From the human T2T-CHM13v2.0 reference genome, Homo sapiens: 64,000 nucleotides of DNA. This document shows positions 1 through 13,965 of the stretch, in pieces. A program made the position numbers and the translations under genes. Under the pieces are notes generated by a model. It made no database searches and was not told where the DNA came from. It saw nothing but the letters and a program-made list of their open reading frames with translations. Position 1 is the stretch's first letter. The number at the start of each line of letters is the position of its first letter. Location of the stretch: the NCBI RefSeq assembly GCF_009914755.1, contig NC_060931.1; one strand, given 5' to 3'.

Positions 1-1626
1 AGAAAAGCCTGCCCACACTGGTTTGTGCCAGCCATAAATTGTTATCTCAGAGGTCAATGAGAACAATGAAGGAATTTGCTCACTTTATGTGACATGAGAT
101 TTATGTGATTGAAAGTGCCAATCTTCTTTTAGCATTTCATCCTGCCAATTTGTGCAGAATAATTGAACTTGAATTAAACGACCTCATAAATTGAGAGACT
201 ACACCAAACCAAGACTGAAATATACTAAATACAGTTCAAAGAGCTCTTCAAAACCCCAGGAGAAATAGGGGGGAAGAAATGCTATTAATTAAAACAAGCA
301 GCAGCGCAAGAAGAAAGGCAGCAGCAGTTAACCACCTTTTCACAATATGTGAGATTAAAGATGCAGTTCTTACTGCTTGCACTAAAGGTCAACTTCATTG
401 AAACACTATCAGGAGGAGTTTGAAGAATTCTAGAAGTCAGTAATCCCCAGATGGAAAACACTGGATTCCTGGTTCATTGAAGCTGCAATCTTAAGTGTTG
501 ACACCTAGACTGTCATGTGGACTTCAGAGTCCTGAGAGGTTACCTGCCCACAAATGGGAGCTTTCTACAAAGAGACACTAGTCTGATTACATTTTACAAG
601 CTCTGCTGTAGGATGCTCCCGAGGCCCATGCTGTTTCTCCTTAGGTCTGCTCTGACTTCTTTTAGACTTTGGGCCCTTGGACCAAAGCTTATTATTACAG
701 CTCACTTCAAAGATCAAGCCTGTAACTGCACTATTTAATCAATGAAAATAACATCACAGTATAATACAATCAGTGTTAGTTTTATAATTTAATGAACAAA
801 ATACAGCATTACAATGTATAACAGGATGAACTGAGGGAAGAAAAGCTAACAGAGTAAATGCAGTTCACAATATGGGATTTTCCGATCTGTGTTCCTTCAG
901 ATCTGTGTATAGGTGAAAGTTTGAAAAGTAGGGTTCCTATCCTTACCTAGTCCAAGGAGGATAATAGCCCACCCACCAACATCTGCTAATTTTATTTTAT
1001 TTTTAAACCCTAAATCCTACTCAAATTGCAGATTCAGCCCTGACGTCCTTTAGAGGAAGAATGCAGACATTAGAGTCTGGTTCATTGGTACAGCTGGTTT
1101 CATTTAGCTTGCAGCAGATAAACAAACAATGCTTAATCTTTTTGATGAAAGTGACAGTGAGGATATTGTTTAAGCAAGAAGATGATTTTAATTATTAGAC
1201 TAAATTGTACTGGAATAACTTTCCTATTAGACAGTGTTTAAACGTATTGGCCTCTCTTAGCCATGTTTATTATCAGGTTCTTTGATCATTTGGACAGGAG
1301 ACGCTCAATACAATCAGTGATATTTGCTGTTGTTAAAATTGTGGTCATATGTCAGCTATGCCCATCTGGTGGAAATGGAGGCACTCTTTGGGGTTTTTTT
1401 TTTTTTTAAAGAGTTAGTGTAGAAATGTTCAATTACTGAAATAATTGAAAGTCATTATGTGAGGACTCCTAAAACCCCTCTCCCAAAGTGGTTTTTGAGG
1501 AGGACTTGGGGAAGGATATAATTGACTTCAGGTTAAAGCATACCCATGTTCCTGAGCTGCTTTATTGTTACTGTCATCCTTTTGTTTAAACCAGGATGGT
1601 AGGGAAGGAGCATTTCTAGTCTAAAC

Positions 1627-1847
1627 CAGTGGTTCTCAACTAGGGATAATTTTGTTTGCCAGGATATATTTGTTGGTGTCTGGAGACATTTTTGGCTTTC
1701 ACAACTTGAGGAGTGGTGGTGTCACTGGCATGTAGTGGGTAGAAGCCAGAGATGCTGCGGAATATCCTATGAATGAACAGGACAGTCTCCTGCAACAAAG
1801 AATTATTTGGCCCAAAATGACATTAGTGCTGAGATTGAGAAACCCTG
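1627..1847 (+). mobile_element. MER20 (hAT-Charlie DNA transposon relic)
   Basis: Terminal inverted repeats CAGTGGTTCTCAA...TTGAGAAACCCTG, about 220 bp, degenerate 8-bp TSD gtctaaac/gtcttaag. Confidence 0.85.
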
Positions 1848-1939
1848 GTCTTAAGAAATGCATGGAGGCAGTGTCTGTTTAAGATAGTGCATTCCTTTTG
1901 AGGTTGTAGTAACTCTCTACTGTTTTCTGTGGGCTGAGT

Positions 1940-2310
1940 GGGCCAGGCAATAGGTGTGTAGTGGTGAACAAAATTGACAGGTCCCCTGTTTTTATTAAGC
2001 ATATTATCCAGTGAGGGAGGCAGAAATTAATCAAGTCAGCAGACAGAATCTGTAATTGTAAATTATGTAAAGGAAAAGAGAGCTGAGGAAGAATTAAGAC
2101 CGAGAGTAGTGGGTTATGTATATTTGCATAAGAGAGGGGTATAGATAGTAAATATACATTGGATGGATGGAAATGGAAGCCTTGTTGAGGAGAGGACATT
2201 TATGCATAGGTCTGAAGGAGGAGATGTCACCAGGCAGGTAAAGAGCAGGCACAAGAGTGTTTCATGCCAGGCCCTGAGGTGAGAAAGAGCTTGGTGTGTT
2301 TTATACCAAA
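1940..2310 (-). mobile_element. L2 3' fragment
   Basis: Resembles the reverse complement of the L2 3' end (gccaggc...gtgaacaaaa..gacaggtcccctg). Boundaries approximate. Confidence 0.6.
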
Positions 2311-2539
2311 TGAAGGAGCTAATTTTATTTTATTTTTTGAGGTATGGTAGGACTCATAGTTTTCTCATTGTACTGGGATCTGCTGGTGGGTCACATCTGA
2401 GTCCCTCCAGGGTTTGGCACCCTCCCTCAAGTTGTAAGTAGGTGTGAATTTTTGCTCTCTCTGGGATAGGGTCCTCTCCTTTCCTCCTACTGAATCAAGG
2501 GGGTATGTGAAAAGTGAGAGAGCACAAAAACAATGAACA

Positions 2540-3360
2540 GATAAGTTACAAACGTGACAGATATTAATACAGACATATCAAAATCACTTAAAATGTAATT
2601 GGTCTAAAGATACCAATTAAAAGACAGAGATTGTCAGGGTGGATAAAAAAACAAGACCCAACTATATTTTATCTATGAACTATCCTTTAAATACAAAGGT
2701 GCAGATTGAAAGCAAAAAGATAGAGAAATATATGCCATGTTAACGCAAATTAAAAGATAGCTGGAAGGCCCGGTGTGGTGGCTCACCCTTATAATCCTAG
2801 CACTTTGGGAGGCTGAGGCGGGCAGATTACTTGAGATCAGGAGTTTGAGACCAGCCTGGGCAACAGGGGGAAACCCTGTCTCTAACAAAAAACACAAAAA
2901 TTAGCCAGGCATGGTGGCACATGTACCTGTAATCCCAGCTACTCAAGAGGCTGAGGCAGAAGAATTGCTTGAACCCGGAGGCAGAGGTTGCAGTGAGTAC
3001 CACTGCACTCCAGCCTGGGCAAGAGAGTGAGACCCTGTCTTAAAAAATTAACATAGCTGCAGTAGCCGTGTTAATTTCAGACAAAGCAAGTACTTCTGAT
3101 GATTCAGAAGATCATCAAGATTAAAGAGAGGCATTACATGATGATAAAGAGCTTAGTTCTCCAAGAAGACAACCAACTTTATTGTATACACACCAAACAA
3201 CAGAGTGTCAAAATACGTGAGGCAAAAATTGATAGAACTGAAAGGTGAAATGGACAAATCCACTATGGTGGTTGTGACTTCAACACCACTTTGTCGGTAA
3301 TTGACAGATTAAGCAGGCAGAGATATCACTAAGGATTCGATGATCTGATCAGTACTGCCA
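2540..3360 (+). mobile_element. Old L1M fragment (start of ORF2, endonuclease region), interrupted by an Alu
   Basis: aatgtaattggtctaaa..ccaattaaaagacagagattgtcag..ggataaaaaaacaagacccaact and gacttcaacaccact resemble degenerate L1 endonuclease coding sequence. Confidence 0.75.
2767..3047 (+). mobile_element. Alu (older, AluJ/S-like)
   Basis: Dimeric Alu consensus with short A tail; degenerate TSD aagatagctg/aacatagctg. Confidence 0.93.
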
Positions 3361-3689
3361 AAGTAAACAAAGTGGAAGCTGCCAATATTTCAAGGCCTGG
3401 ACCCAGAACTGGCACAGTGCTCCTTTCACCTACTCTTGATCAAGTGTTCAAAGAGACCAGATCCAAGCGTAGGGGCCATAGACCACACCTCTCAATGAGG
3501 AGTGTCAATGAATTTGGGGGCCGTGTTTTAAAACCCCGTATAGAGTTTGGTTTTTATTCTAGGCTGAATTAAATCTTTGGTCTCATCTTTGTACAGAGTT
3601 CTCTCAGCTATCTGTTCTGAATATATATTTGCTGACTCCTTTTTGGGTTAATTTCATTAGATTTTAGATCTCTCCTTGAGAACAATAAA

Positions 3690-3888
3690 GACACAGGGTG
3701 GGGAACATCACACACTGGGGCCTGTCGTGGGGTGGGGGGATGGGGGAGGGATAGCATTAGGAGAAATACCTAATGTGAACGATGAGTTAATGGGTGCAGC
3801 AAACCAACACAGCACATGTATACATATGTAACAAACCTGCATGTTGTGCACATGTACCTTAGAACTTAAAGTATACATTTAAAAAAAG
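3690..3888 (+). mobile_element. 5'-truncated L1PA 3' UTR
   Basis: ggggaacatcacacactggggcctgtcgtggggtgggggg...gatagcattaggagaaatacctaatg...agaacttaaagtat followed by an A tail. Confidence 0.92.
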
Positions 3889-6344
3889 GTTCTGTTTAGT
3901 ATAAATGGCTTTGTATAGAGGGGGCCCTTCTGTCCTAGTGTACCTGGCACAGTTCTGGTTTATGCTTGTCATTTTCATGATTATTAATAGTGCTCTTTTT
4001 ACTCTGAATACTGTCCCATTTGGATGATAAATTATATGATCATATTATATAATTTTTATTTTTCTGGAACTTGGTAAAATATTTTGCCAAAAACCGAAAT
4101 TTGATTGGAATATGTTATTGTGGGATCCAACTGAGTATTTAGAGCCATTAATGTCAGTGAATCTGTGGGAGCATTTTTGAACAGTTTATGAGTGCTGTTG
4201 AATCTGTAATGCAGATTTGTGAATTGATTTTAAAAGTTTCGTGGGAGGTTAATGAACTTTATGTACAGTTCTTAGACAGAAAGGTCTGGCAATTAGACAT
4301 GATTTTTGTGAAATAGGAACTAATCAATCTAAAATTCAAACGACCTACTCAGGTGCCTTACTACTCGTAACATAAATGTTAGGCTTAGAGTAATTCAAGA
4401 TAGCTGAAATGCTGGAAATGTGAAAGAATTAACAAGCTGGGGTTTGGGTGAAATTAGGTGCTGTTAGAGCTCAAAGCTAACAGGTTGCGGTGTCAGTGAG
4501 TTTTAGTCAAATGCTCCCAGTCTATTTAGCACTGGCTCATACAAAGGAAGTATACTGTACTACTAGTAGGAATTATAACAATGGAGAGATGGCAGGTACC
4601 TTAAAAATCTAGGATTGCAATTTGCATAGAGTAATTCAGTGCAAGATTGTATGGTAGACACTGTTGATGTTGGGGAGATGATCTGACAGAAAGGAAATTA
4701 TTTTAAAGATTTCAGGCGTAAGACTTTTTTTTATGCTTAATGGTTGATTCTTGAGCAAATATGTTTTCCCTTCCTTCTAGAGTTCTGAGGAAACAGACAT
4801 AACATTTGCCTGTATAAACAAATTCTTTGAATTTTTAAAAGATATCTGTCTCTAGTTCAGAAGGGTCTCTTTGGGATTGCTGTGTTTTTAACTATCTCTG
4901 TTTTCAGGGACTTAATGATCCTAGAGATCTGCAAGCATTGTCTGAGCTGAGGGAAAATTGTAAACATCAGGCACTTTGGTTAATAGTTGAAAGACCTGTT
5001 GTAACCCAACAGAGAATAAGGTAGAAGTCATTCCTAATTGGCCTGATGGGTGAGACAGGAGAGTGAATTCTCATGCAGCTTAGCAGTCAGCATAGGTATT
5101 GAAAGACAAGCCCCTGAGGAAGCAAGAGAGGAACCAAGGGCTTTTGTTGTATGTCTCATCAAACCTCTTAGGAGAAAGAAGAGGGAAATTGAGATATTGA
5201 GAAACCAAACAAGTAGTGTTACAAATGAGGCCTACTGGGAGTCCCAAAGGAAGCCAGATTCCTAATGAGAAAGCAATGGTCTAGGTTAAACAGTGACTTT
5301 TTTATTAAAAAAAGTTATTTTTTTTTTACTACTTGTTCTTGAGAAAGTTTCATGGCTAAGTGCTGGAGAGTTGAGGGCACCTGGAACTGTGCCCAAAGCA
5401 GAGCATAAAGAATTATTAAATTAAAAGAATGTGTATCATCTCAGTGAAACAGAAGGGATGAAATAACAGACCACCAATATTTAGAGCTGGGCAAAGAGAG
5501 AAGCGAAGAACAGAGGAGAGATTGTCTAGAGAGGTGGCGAGAAAACCAGCAAAGTACCAAGGAAGAAAGAGAGTTTCAAAGAGCATGGACGATGATGTCA
5601 GATATTCAGAAAAGTCAAATCAATGAATCCTGAAAGTAATTTATTACATTTTACAACTAGGAAGGTTTTTTTTTTTTTTTAAGAATGTTAAGGGACTGGT
5701 GGGGATGGATACTAATTATTTTGTGTTGAAGAGAGAATGGGGGATGAAAAAATGTAGGGTAAAATACATATAAGCTACTCTTTTTAGCAGTGAGGCAGGG
5801 AAAGAAAAGAGAACTAGAAGAAAGGGGAGAAGTGTTTTGTGTTGTTTCAGTTTTAAACTAAATGGGGAATAATCGAGTATGTATATAGACTATGACAAAG
5901 GAGTCAGTAGAAAGAGAAAAAGTTATTAAGGAAACACTTGAAGTATATTCTTGATGGAGAAATCTGAGGAGCTCTATTTTCTCTGTCACTTGAACTTTAT
6001 TTCATATGCTCCATGTAATTGGTCTTCCTGTTTCTTTTTCTAATAATGTGTAGATATGAAATAGCTCTTTTTATTGTCGGCTTCATCTCATTTAGGATCT
6101 AGACGTATAAGAAAATTATCCTTCTTAAATATCTTTTATTTTTATTCATGTTCTTTTGAAATTCAGGTACATCATGGAACTCTCTGTGTAGCACATTTGT
6201 TTTTCTTCTTTGCTCCATTTTCTTCATTGATACTAGTTGTGATTTTTTTTAATGACATCTCTTTTTTTGTGAATTTTCTTCCTTGATACCACTTCTCTCT
6301 TTGTAATTTAGAGTTATGAAATAAAGCTACTATTTATTGAACAC

Positions 6345-6660
6345 TCCATTTTTTTCACCTGTGAAAACAGGGTTAATAATAGAATTGATTTCATACAGCT
6401 GTGAAGAATGTATGTAAGCAAATACATTTAGTGTTTAGAACATTGTCTCACATAAATGTTCAATGAATATCAGCTACTTCTTTTTCGTTTCTTATAACAA
6501 TCCTAGAAGAGATTTGAGATAATACAATTTCCCTTATTTTACGGGTGAAGAAACTGAGACCCATAAAGTTTGAGTAATTTGCCTACAATCACACAGCTAA
6601 GTTCCAGGGCCAGAATTCAGATCCAGTTAGTCCAACTCCAGAGCTGAGTTCTTAACTTTT
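6345..6660. mobile_element. Two MIR fragments in opposite orientation
   Basis: cacctgtgaaaacagggttaataatag... and cccttattttacgggtgaagaaactgagaccc resemble the MIR core. Confidence 0.65.
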
Positions 6661-6743
6661 ACCATTTTTTGTAAAACTTCAAAATCTGCTTTCTTGAAAT
6701 CTATTCTTACCCTACCCTTCTGTCATGCCATGACTATGCCAAT

Positions 6744-7372
6744 TGTAAGGTCCAGGGTCAGGTTTGAGCCCCAGCCGAGGTCCGAGGGGAGTGGGTAGAT
6801 GGGCAGATAGCTGAAAGAACACTCGGGGGGCCATAGGCAGGGGAATATGGTTTTATTCAGCAGCTCTCTCATCAACAGCTCTCTCACACTGTCCGCCTTT
6901 ATCTTGGTTGTCTGCTCCGGCTCCACAGCTCCTCTCAGCAGCCAGCTCTGCCGCTCTGGCTGCTCCCACACACAGCTGCACGGCCAGCTCTCCCTTGCCT
7001 GCAGTGTCAGCAGCTTAACTCCTTCCCTCTGGGCATGAGTGTGAGCCATGTCGAGCCATGTAGTACCCTGGCTCCCCTCTGTCCATCTGCAAGATGGACA
7101 ACTCCGGTACTCTCTTTTTCTCTAGGTGCAATAGCCAAGCCATGCCATGCCATACTGACCCATGCTAAACCAAGCCCCCCATGCACAGTGTCAGCAGGGC
7201 AATTATACCTTTAACAGACAATAAATAATGGCTTACAGCCAAGTATGAACTTACACAAACAGGTTATTTAACAAGTGGAGTATGTGCCTGCATCCTAAAC
7301 TCACTGAGTCATGCAGGCCTGGATGTCTGCCTTGGCCTATTTCTTGACCAAAGCACATCCGTGTACCTTATA
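6744..7372 (-). mobile_element. Solo LTR18 (LTR18A/B-like, ERVL)
   Basis: The reverse complement begins TATAAGGTACACGGATGTGCTTTGGTCAAGAAATAGGCC..GCATGACTCAG, matching my recall of the LTR18 5' end. AATAAA on the - strand near 6851-6856. Confidence 0.8.
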
Positions 7373-9519
7373 CCTTCCTTGTTAATAATTAACTGTAGGG
7401 TACATAGCCAATTTCTTGCATAATTCTCTTATTTTCCCTCTGTATCCATGCTGTTTTTTCTCTCTAGTCATTTATTATTAATATTCTCCACTGTTCTAGT
7501 CAATTCCACAGTGAAATCATAGCTATTTTCCCCCCTTGTTTCACCTAAGTGATTTGTGAGTTTTGGTATAGTAGGTGCCTGCATGAAATAGAGCGCTCAC
7601 TGCTCACCTTCCCTTTCTATCAGATAGATTTATTTTGGACAAGGTTTTCTATTCCTTTGCTGCCTTCTCATGTGGACTTCAGCCCAAGATTTGATGGGCT
7701 CCATTTCTCTTACTACCTTTTTATTCATTGCCATATAAGCATATGACAAACATAACTCCTGACTCGCCAGCACCTTTCAACCCTTTTATTCTTCTCACAA
7801 ATAACATAGGAACTAATATTATAGTAAGAACTATACCTGAAAAAATAAAATTTTTTCTAATACGTTTTTGAGTAAATCAGAATCTGAGCCCTCTTGAGCC
7901 TCCACCTGAGGTATATCCCCAGCTCTTGCTGTGAATGTAGTTAAGTTTTCAAAATTGAGTTGGGGAGACATTGATTCTCTCAACCTGTTGTGTCCTTTGA
8001 AACTCTTGCCAATTTTTCATTATCTTTGTTCTCATGTTTTTAGTCACTTCCTTGTACATTCATATCTACGTAGGTGTATTTATATTGTTTACACGTATTT
8101 ATTCACATAAACTGTCAGATACAACTTTCTTAAATTGCTAATCACTGTTGTGATGATTGATGTGACCTAGACTAACTTACCATTGACCCTCTGTTAAAAA
8201 AGGGCTTGTTTAATTAGTAAGACCTGGAGAGAACCACTGTATTTAAGGTTATTTCATCCAATAAACGTGGTTTTGTAGAGGATGTTTATAGTTGTAAATG
8301 TAATTATTGTAGCTGGCACAGCCAGATCTCTATTTAGAGATAATATTAGGAGACACTTAATGATCAGCATGTATAGTTATGTTTCTCTTTCTACTTTTCA
8401 AAAACTTTTCCTGGATTTATATATATTTGTGCACATGTGTGTGAGTGTGGGTGTGTGTATATTACAAAGAAAGTTCAGAGAGGTAGCAGCGATTATTTTT
8501 GAAAGTTGGAGAAAGCAGAGTTGGCAGGATGAATGATGGCCCTGTGTTTACGTATGTCATTGGTAACAGCTGCACTGAAAAGTTGGGCGTCTCAGTTTCT
8601 CATCTGCCACTTTCTTACTGTACTTCAGAGTTGGAGCCATTCCATTATCTGAAATGAGTGAATTGTCCTCTTTTTTCGAATATCCGATATAATTTGTATT
8701 TTCTTTTTAGTCACTCAAAATTGGTGATTTTTATAGTATACCGATTGGATGCATATTTGACAACTAAGCAATTGTGTTCTCTCACTTAGATTCAAAATCT
8801 GTGAGTTCAGCTGACTAATTAGTGGTCTGGATTTTTAAAATCATGGTAAAACGAAGACAATAAATGATATGTTTCCTTTAAAAATTTGTGTATTTGAAAA
8901 CAAAGATAAAATGAAAGGTAATCCTATGTATTATAAGCAGACTAAGTTGCTTATCTACCATGGACACAGGACATTACTTTTATAGTGTCGATTTTTGATA
9001 GTAATTTTTATATAGCTACATTCCAGGCTTTTTTGAACAAAAGAGTTAATGTTAAGAGGCAAATGGTAGACAGTTACTAATCAGTGATTAAAACCTTTGT
9101 TTGCAGATATTTTACATACAAAAATTTAGACATTTATATTCAATTTACCTAATTTACAGATATGCTACTCTTAAAACACTTCTTTTTATAAGCTAATATA
9201 TTATACAAGCCAAAGTCCTATTTATTTTCTGGGCTAGCATTTGTATCTAAGGTGCTATTATGGAAGGATGACTACTGATTTCCCATCTGTTTCAGTTGGA
9301 GAAGAGTCATGCCAATTGTATTCATTGCTCATTTTGGGTGAAAACTGAGCACATATCTAACTGCTTTTGAGTATATGTTGCCCCTGAAGCTAGGTAGTTT
9401 ATTCTTCTAACACTCATTTTCAACTTAAGTGAAAAGCATATCAGAATGCTTTTTATTAGTGACTGTAAGGATTGACACACACACAAAGGAGAAACATTTA
9501 GGAAAGCTGACTTCTGTGA

Positions 9520-9859
<340 letters not shown>

Positions 9860-10905
9860 TGAATGGTCCTATGAACAGAGAAAGCTGATGTAATCTGTCC
9901 TTTGTAGTTGTTTGCTGTTTTAGTCCTCATTTGAGATAGTTGGACTTCATTCACTTCTGAAGTGTTTATTGAAGCCAACTTGTGTGAAAGGCATCTATCC
10001 AAGGAAAAGCCATATAAACATGAATTTTCCTCAAAGTGGCCAAATTCTTTTTTCTCATGTAAAAGGAAATTAGATTTTTTTTTTAGATGCTAGATTTGGT
10101 AGCTGAGGTTTAACATTACTGAATCGCTTCTTGGTTAAGACCTTGCCAGTTGGCCTTACTTTGTAGCACTAAACGCAGCAAAGCAGATTGCTCTATAGAA
10201 AAGGGATGCTAATGTCCTGTTTGATGGTGATGAATACACATGTAATTGCTTGTAAAGCCCTGAAAGTAGCTTAGATGTTTTTAACAAATTGTGTATTCAG
10301 GTTTTCAAATAATTACAATGAAGATTTGCTACCAGATTTTGTAGTATGTATGTATAACTATAATAGTGAAGTCTTGGTCTTGGAATTCTAACTTTTTAGT
10401 ATACTTATCTTTTAAGTATATTAACGTTATAGTCTGTTCTGAGGTTTATGTAGTGGACTTAAAAACTCAGTTAATTGACCTTTATTGGGTAGGATTAAAA
10501 ATGTATTTTTAACTTCTTTAGGTGAACATTGTTGATTGTTAGCTTTTACTTCACTGGTTCTTAATTATCTTCATTCAAAGCTCTACTTTAAAAAATGTAG
10601 TAATACAAAAGTTGATTGATGTCCAGCAAGATCAAATATCACGTTACTTAACTGGATTAATTTTGCAGCAGACCCAGCATCCACATCCCTCTGGAGTCTG
10701 CTGTCTTTCCCCATATCCTTACTGCTTCCTTTGTTTCTGCTCTCCAGGCTTTAAATGTGATTTGCTGCCTCACTTCTGCAACTTTGTTCATGATAGACCC
10801 CTTGACGCTTAAGTGACTTGTGTCTCCTTTTGACATGCCTACAACTGATCCCATCTTCAAGGTTTAACTCAAGCCCCATCTATACCAGGAAACTTTTCTG
10901 ACTTC

Positions 10906-11316
10906 TGACAAGACTATCTCCATGACCAAACTTTGTCAGGCTCCTCCAGGCCCTCTTCTTAAGTAGGCGTCACCCTTGGCCCCCATCCTTGACAGCGCTG
11001 CACAGACCAGTTTTAGCAAGAGTCTTGCTTAGTCAGTCTAGAGAGAATCCCCTCACCCTGATGTCTGATCACCCTGCCTGCCTCAGTAAGAATCATGTTA
11101 TGTCCGCTTAGCAAGAATTCCTTCTAGCCTTGATGTCTCCTGTTAGTAATTTTCCATCCACCAATCCCCCAGCCTGCTTCTGTCTATAAGTCCTCACTTG
11201 TTCTTTGTATCCTGAGTTGACCCTAATCTTTCTTTCCCCATGCAATTGTCTTGACACCTATCACAATAGTCATTTTTACTATTTAAACAAGGATCGGAAT
11301 AATTTTTTCTTTAACA
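10906..11316 (+). mobile_element. Solo LTR, MER31-like (ERV1)
   Basis: TG...CA ends (tgacaagactatctccatgaccaaacttt...ttctttaaca) with a perfect 4-bp TSD cttc (10902-05 and 11317-20). Confidence 0.8.
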
Positions 11317-11402
11317 CTTCTTGCATGATTCAGTTACTGCCTTGCTTGGTATCTCTTTTAGTTCCTCATATATATGAACTTATTCTTCAGTACCTGTTGA
11401 AA

Positions 11403-11979
11403 TGTTACAGCTTCTTTTCTCCCAGAGTTTGGCGAGCAGGAGGGAGTGTTACAGCTATTTTACTCTCACAGTTTGGTGAGTTCTGAGTTCTTGTCTTATG
11501 ACCAAGAGGAATGAGGTACACAGACACTGGAGAATGAGTAAGTCAGAGTAGAATTTTATTGAGCAACAGAAGGAAAGCTCTCAGCAGCGAGAGGGGACCC
11601 AAAAATGGGTTGCTGGCTGCAAGCCTGAGTCTGGGGTTTTTATGGGCTTAGAATGGTCAAATATGTGCTGATTGGTTTATGGATAGGCTTGGGAAGATCA
11701 CCATTCAGAAAGAGAGATGATAGTGTAAAGAACCAATTGGGGGCTGAAGTGAAGGCTTGGCCTGGGACCAATCAGGAGCTGAAGTGAAGCCTTGGCCTGG
11801 GACCAATCAGGGGCCAAGTGTACTGAACGAGAATGGACATTGTCACTCTGGTCACTGGACTCCATCTGGAACTGATAGTTTGGTGTTCAGACTTCAAAAT
11901 GTCCTTGGCTTGAAGGTCGAGTTTCACTGGGAACCCGTTCCTGTCTGCCTAGGAATTTGTCTGCCTCCTATTGCTATCA
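11403..11979 (-). mobile_element. Solo LTR of the MER4 group (MER51/MER52/LTR28-like)
   Basis: The reverse complement starts TGATAGCAATAGGAGGCAGACAAATTCCTAGGCAGACAGG; contains repeated ccaatcagg.gctgaagtgaa units. Exact subfamily uncertain. Confidence 0.75.
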
Positions 11980-12466
11980 ACAGTACTGTAAATAGATGCT
12001 CAGTTAATAAATGTTACCTGTGTAATGATTGGAAAATGTTTTGGAACATTCCAATCAGGCTAAGGTTGATGAGACAAGACTAACAGATGGACTTTTGGGA
12101 TAGAGATTTGTTGTCAGGACATGGAGGGTCTTCAACTGAACATTTGGATATAGTCTCTGTACCTGGGTTCATAGAGTAACATCTGCTAGCAGAATTCTCC
12201 TGAAGATGATTTGATTGGTTGTTTTCTGTCACTGTAAATAGAGCACTCCCACTGAACTGAATTCCAGCCAGGTAGGTTCTGCCTCCATGTGCCTGCCAGG
12301 CCTCTACACTGCTTTCTCACTCAGTCTTCTGTTGCCTAGCTAGCAAGATTGCTTTCACCAATAAATCAAAATGCAGGAGCCATGAAACATTATGAAAGAA
12401 ATAAGTGTTGGGGTCATTTTCCTTACAAGGAAGGTGTGTGCTTATTGGAACTTGAGGCTTCCTGGG

Positions 12467-12852
12467 TGATATGGTTTGGCTGTGTGTTCCCACCCAAATT
12501 TAATGTTGAATTGTAACTCCCAGTGTTTGGGGAGGGACCTTGTGGGAGGCGATTGGATCATGTAGGCAGATTTCCCCGTTGCTGTTCTCATGATAGTGAG
12601 TGAGTCTCAGGAGATCTGGTTGTTTTGAAAGTGAGTAGCACATCCCCCTTTGCTCTCTCTTCCTCTTGCTCCACCAAGTGAGGAACGTGCTTGCTTCCCC
12701 TTCGCCCTTCTGCCATGATTGTAAGTTTCTTGAGGCCTCCCCAACCGTGTTTCCTGAACAGCCTATGGAACTGTGAGTCAATTAAACCTCTTTTCTTATA
12801 AACAACCGAGTTTCAGATATGTCTTTATAGCATGCAAGAACAGACTAATACA
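12467..12852 (+). mobile_element. MST solo LTR (MSTA-like, ERVL-MaLR)
   Basis: tgatatggtttggctgtgt...gaacagactaataca with a perfect 5-bp TSD ctggg. Confidence 0.9.
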
Positions 12853-13339
12853 CTGGGTTTCTACTTAAGCCCATCCACTAAAAGGATATATTATTAAACC
12901 ACAGCGAAATAGATGACCAATTATTAAAGTTCTGTAGAATGTTGTTCTTGGGAAAAATTTACATATGAAAAAAACCTAGGAAATAGACACACATGTTGAA
13001 GAATTTAACTCTGAATAGTAAGATTACTATTGGTGAAAAATTTTTCTGTACTGACCAAGTATTCTGCCATAAACATGTATCAATCAGTGTTATAATTAGG
13101 ATAGGACTTATTAATGTCATTCTAAAATATATTGGTTTATTTTGACGTTTGTAAAGAATGATTAGTTGAAAACCTCCAAGAATAATGACACTACTTTCAG
13201 ATTAAATAATTTGATCATGAGTGTCTTGAAAGAAAAAACAGTTATAAGCAGAGTACTTTTGATGAACAAAGGAGTAGTATAAGAGTGTGGACTACACACC
13301 TTTCTTCTGTGGTTCATGCTTTAATTATTGCAACCCCAC

Positions 13340-13560
13340 AGATAACTTAGGAAGTCTGACCACCTAGATCCAAATTGTGAACCTGCCTCTTCTAGTTGTG
13401 TGACTTACAACAAATTATTTAGCTACCCTGTGTCTCAGTTTCTTTATAAAGTGAAGACAGTGGTAGTATCTATCACACAGAGGTATTAGCGTGATTAAAT
13501 GAGACAATGTAAATAAAGTCCTTGGCCCAGGGCCTGCCGCATAGTGGATACCTGAACATC
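13340..13560 (+). mobile_element. MIR
   Basis: tgtgtgactt..caaattatttagct..ctgtgtctcagtttc...gattaaatgagacaatgtaaataaagt. Confidence 0.7.
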
Positions 13561-13577
13561 AGTGCTAGTTTTGCTTT

Positions 13578-13738
13578 TACTTTATTTTTAGAGACAGGGT
13601 TTCACTCTGTCACCTATTCTAGAGTGCAGTGGCAAAATTATAGCTCACTACAGCCTTGAACTCTTGGACTCAAGTGATCCTCCTGCCTCAGCTTCCCAAC
13701 TAGCTGAAATTAAAGGTGTGAGCCACCTCGCCTGGCTC
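13578..13738 (-). mobile_element. Alu monomer (FRAM-like)
   Basis: A single antisense Alu arm of about 160 bp. Confidence 0.8.
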
Positions 13739-13857
13739 TATTTTTGAATTAAAGACTGTTATCTTGATTTTAAATTTATTGACTGTGTATAAAACCAGTT
13801 CATTCAAAATCAGGCTGATTTGTACTCTGGCTTGCTTGGTAGGTTTTAGAAGTAACA

Positions 13858-13965
13858 CTGGCATAGGTCTTCTCTTCTCTTCTCTCCTCTGGCATAGGTC
13901 TTCTCTTCCCTCCTCTCCTCTCCTCTCCTCTCCTCTCCTCTCCTCTCCTCTCCTCTCCTCTCCTC
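13858..13965. repeat. 31-bp duplication followed by a (CTCCT)n microsatellite
   Basis: ctggcataggtcttctcttc occurs at 13858 and 13889, followed by a pentamer array adjoining the Alu tail. Confidence 0.9.
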
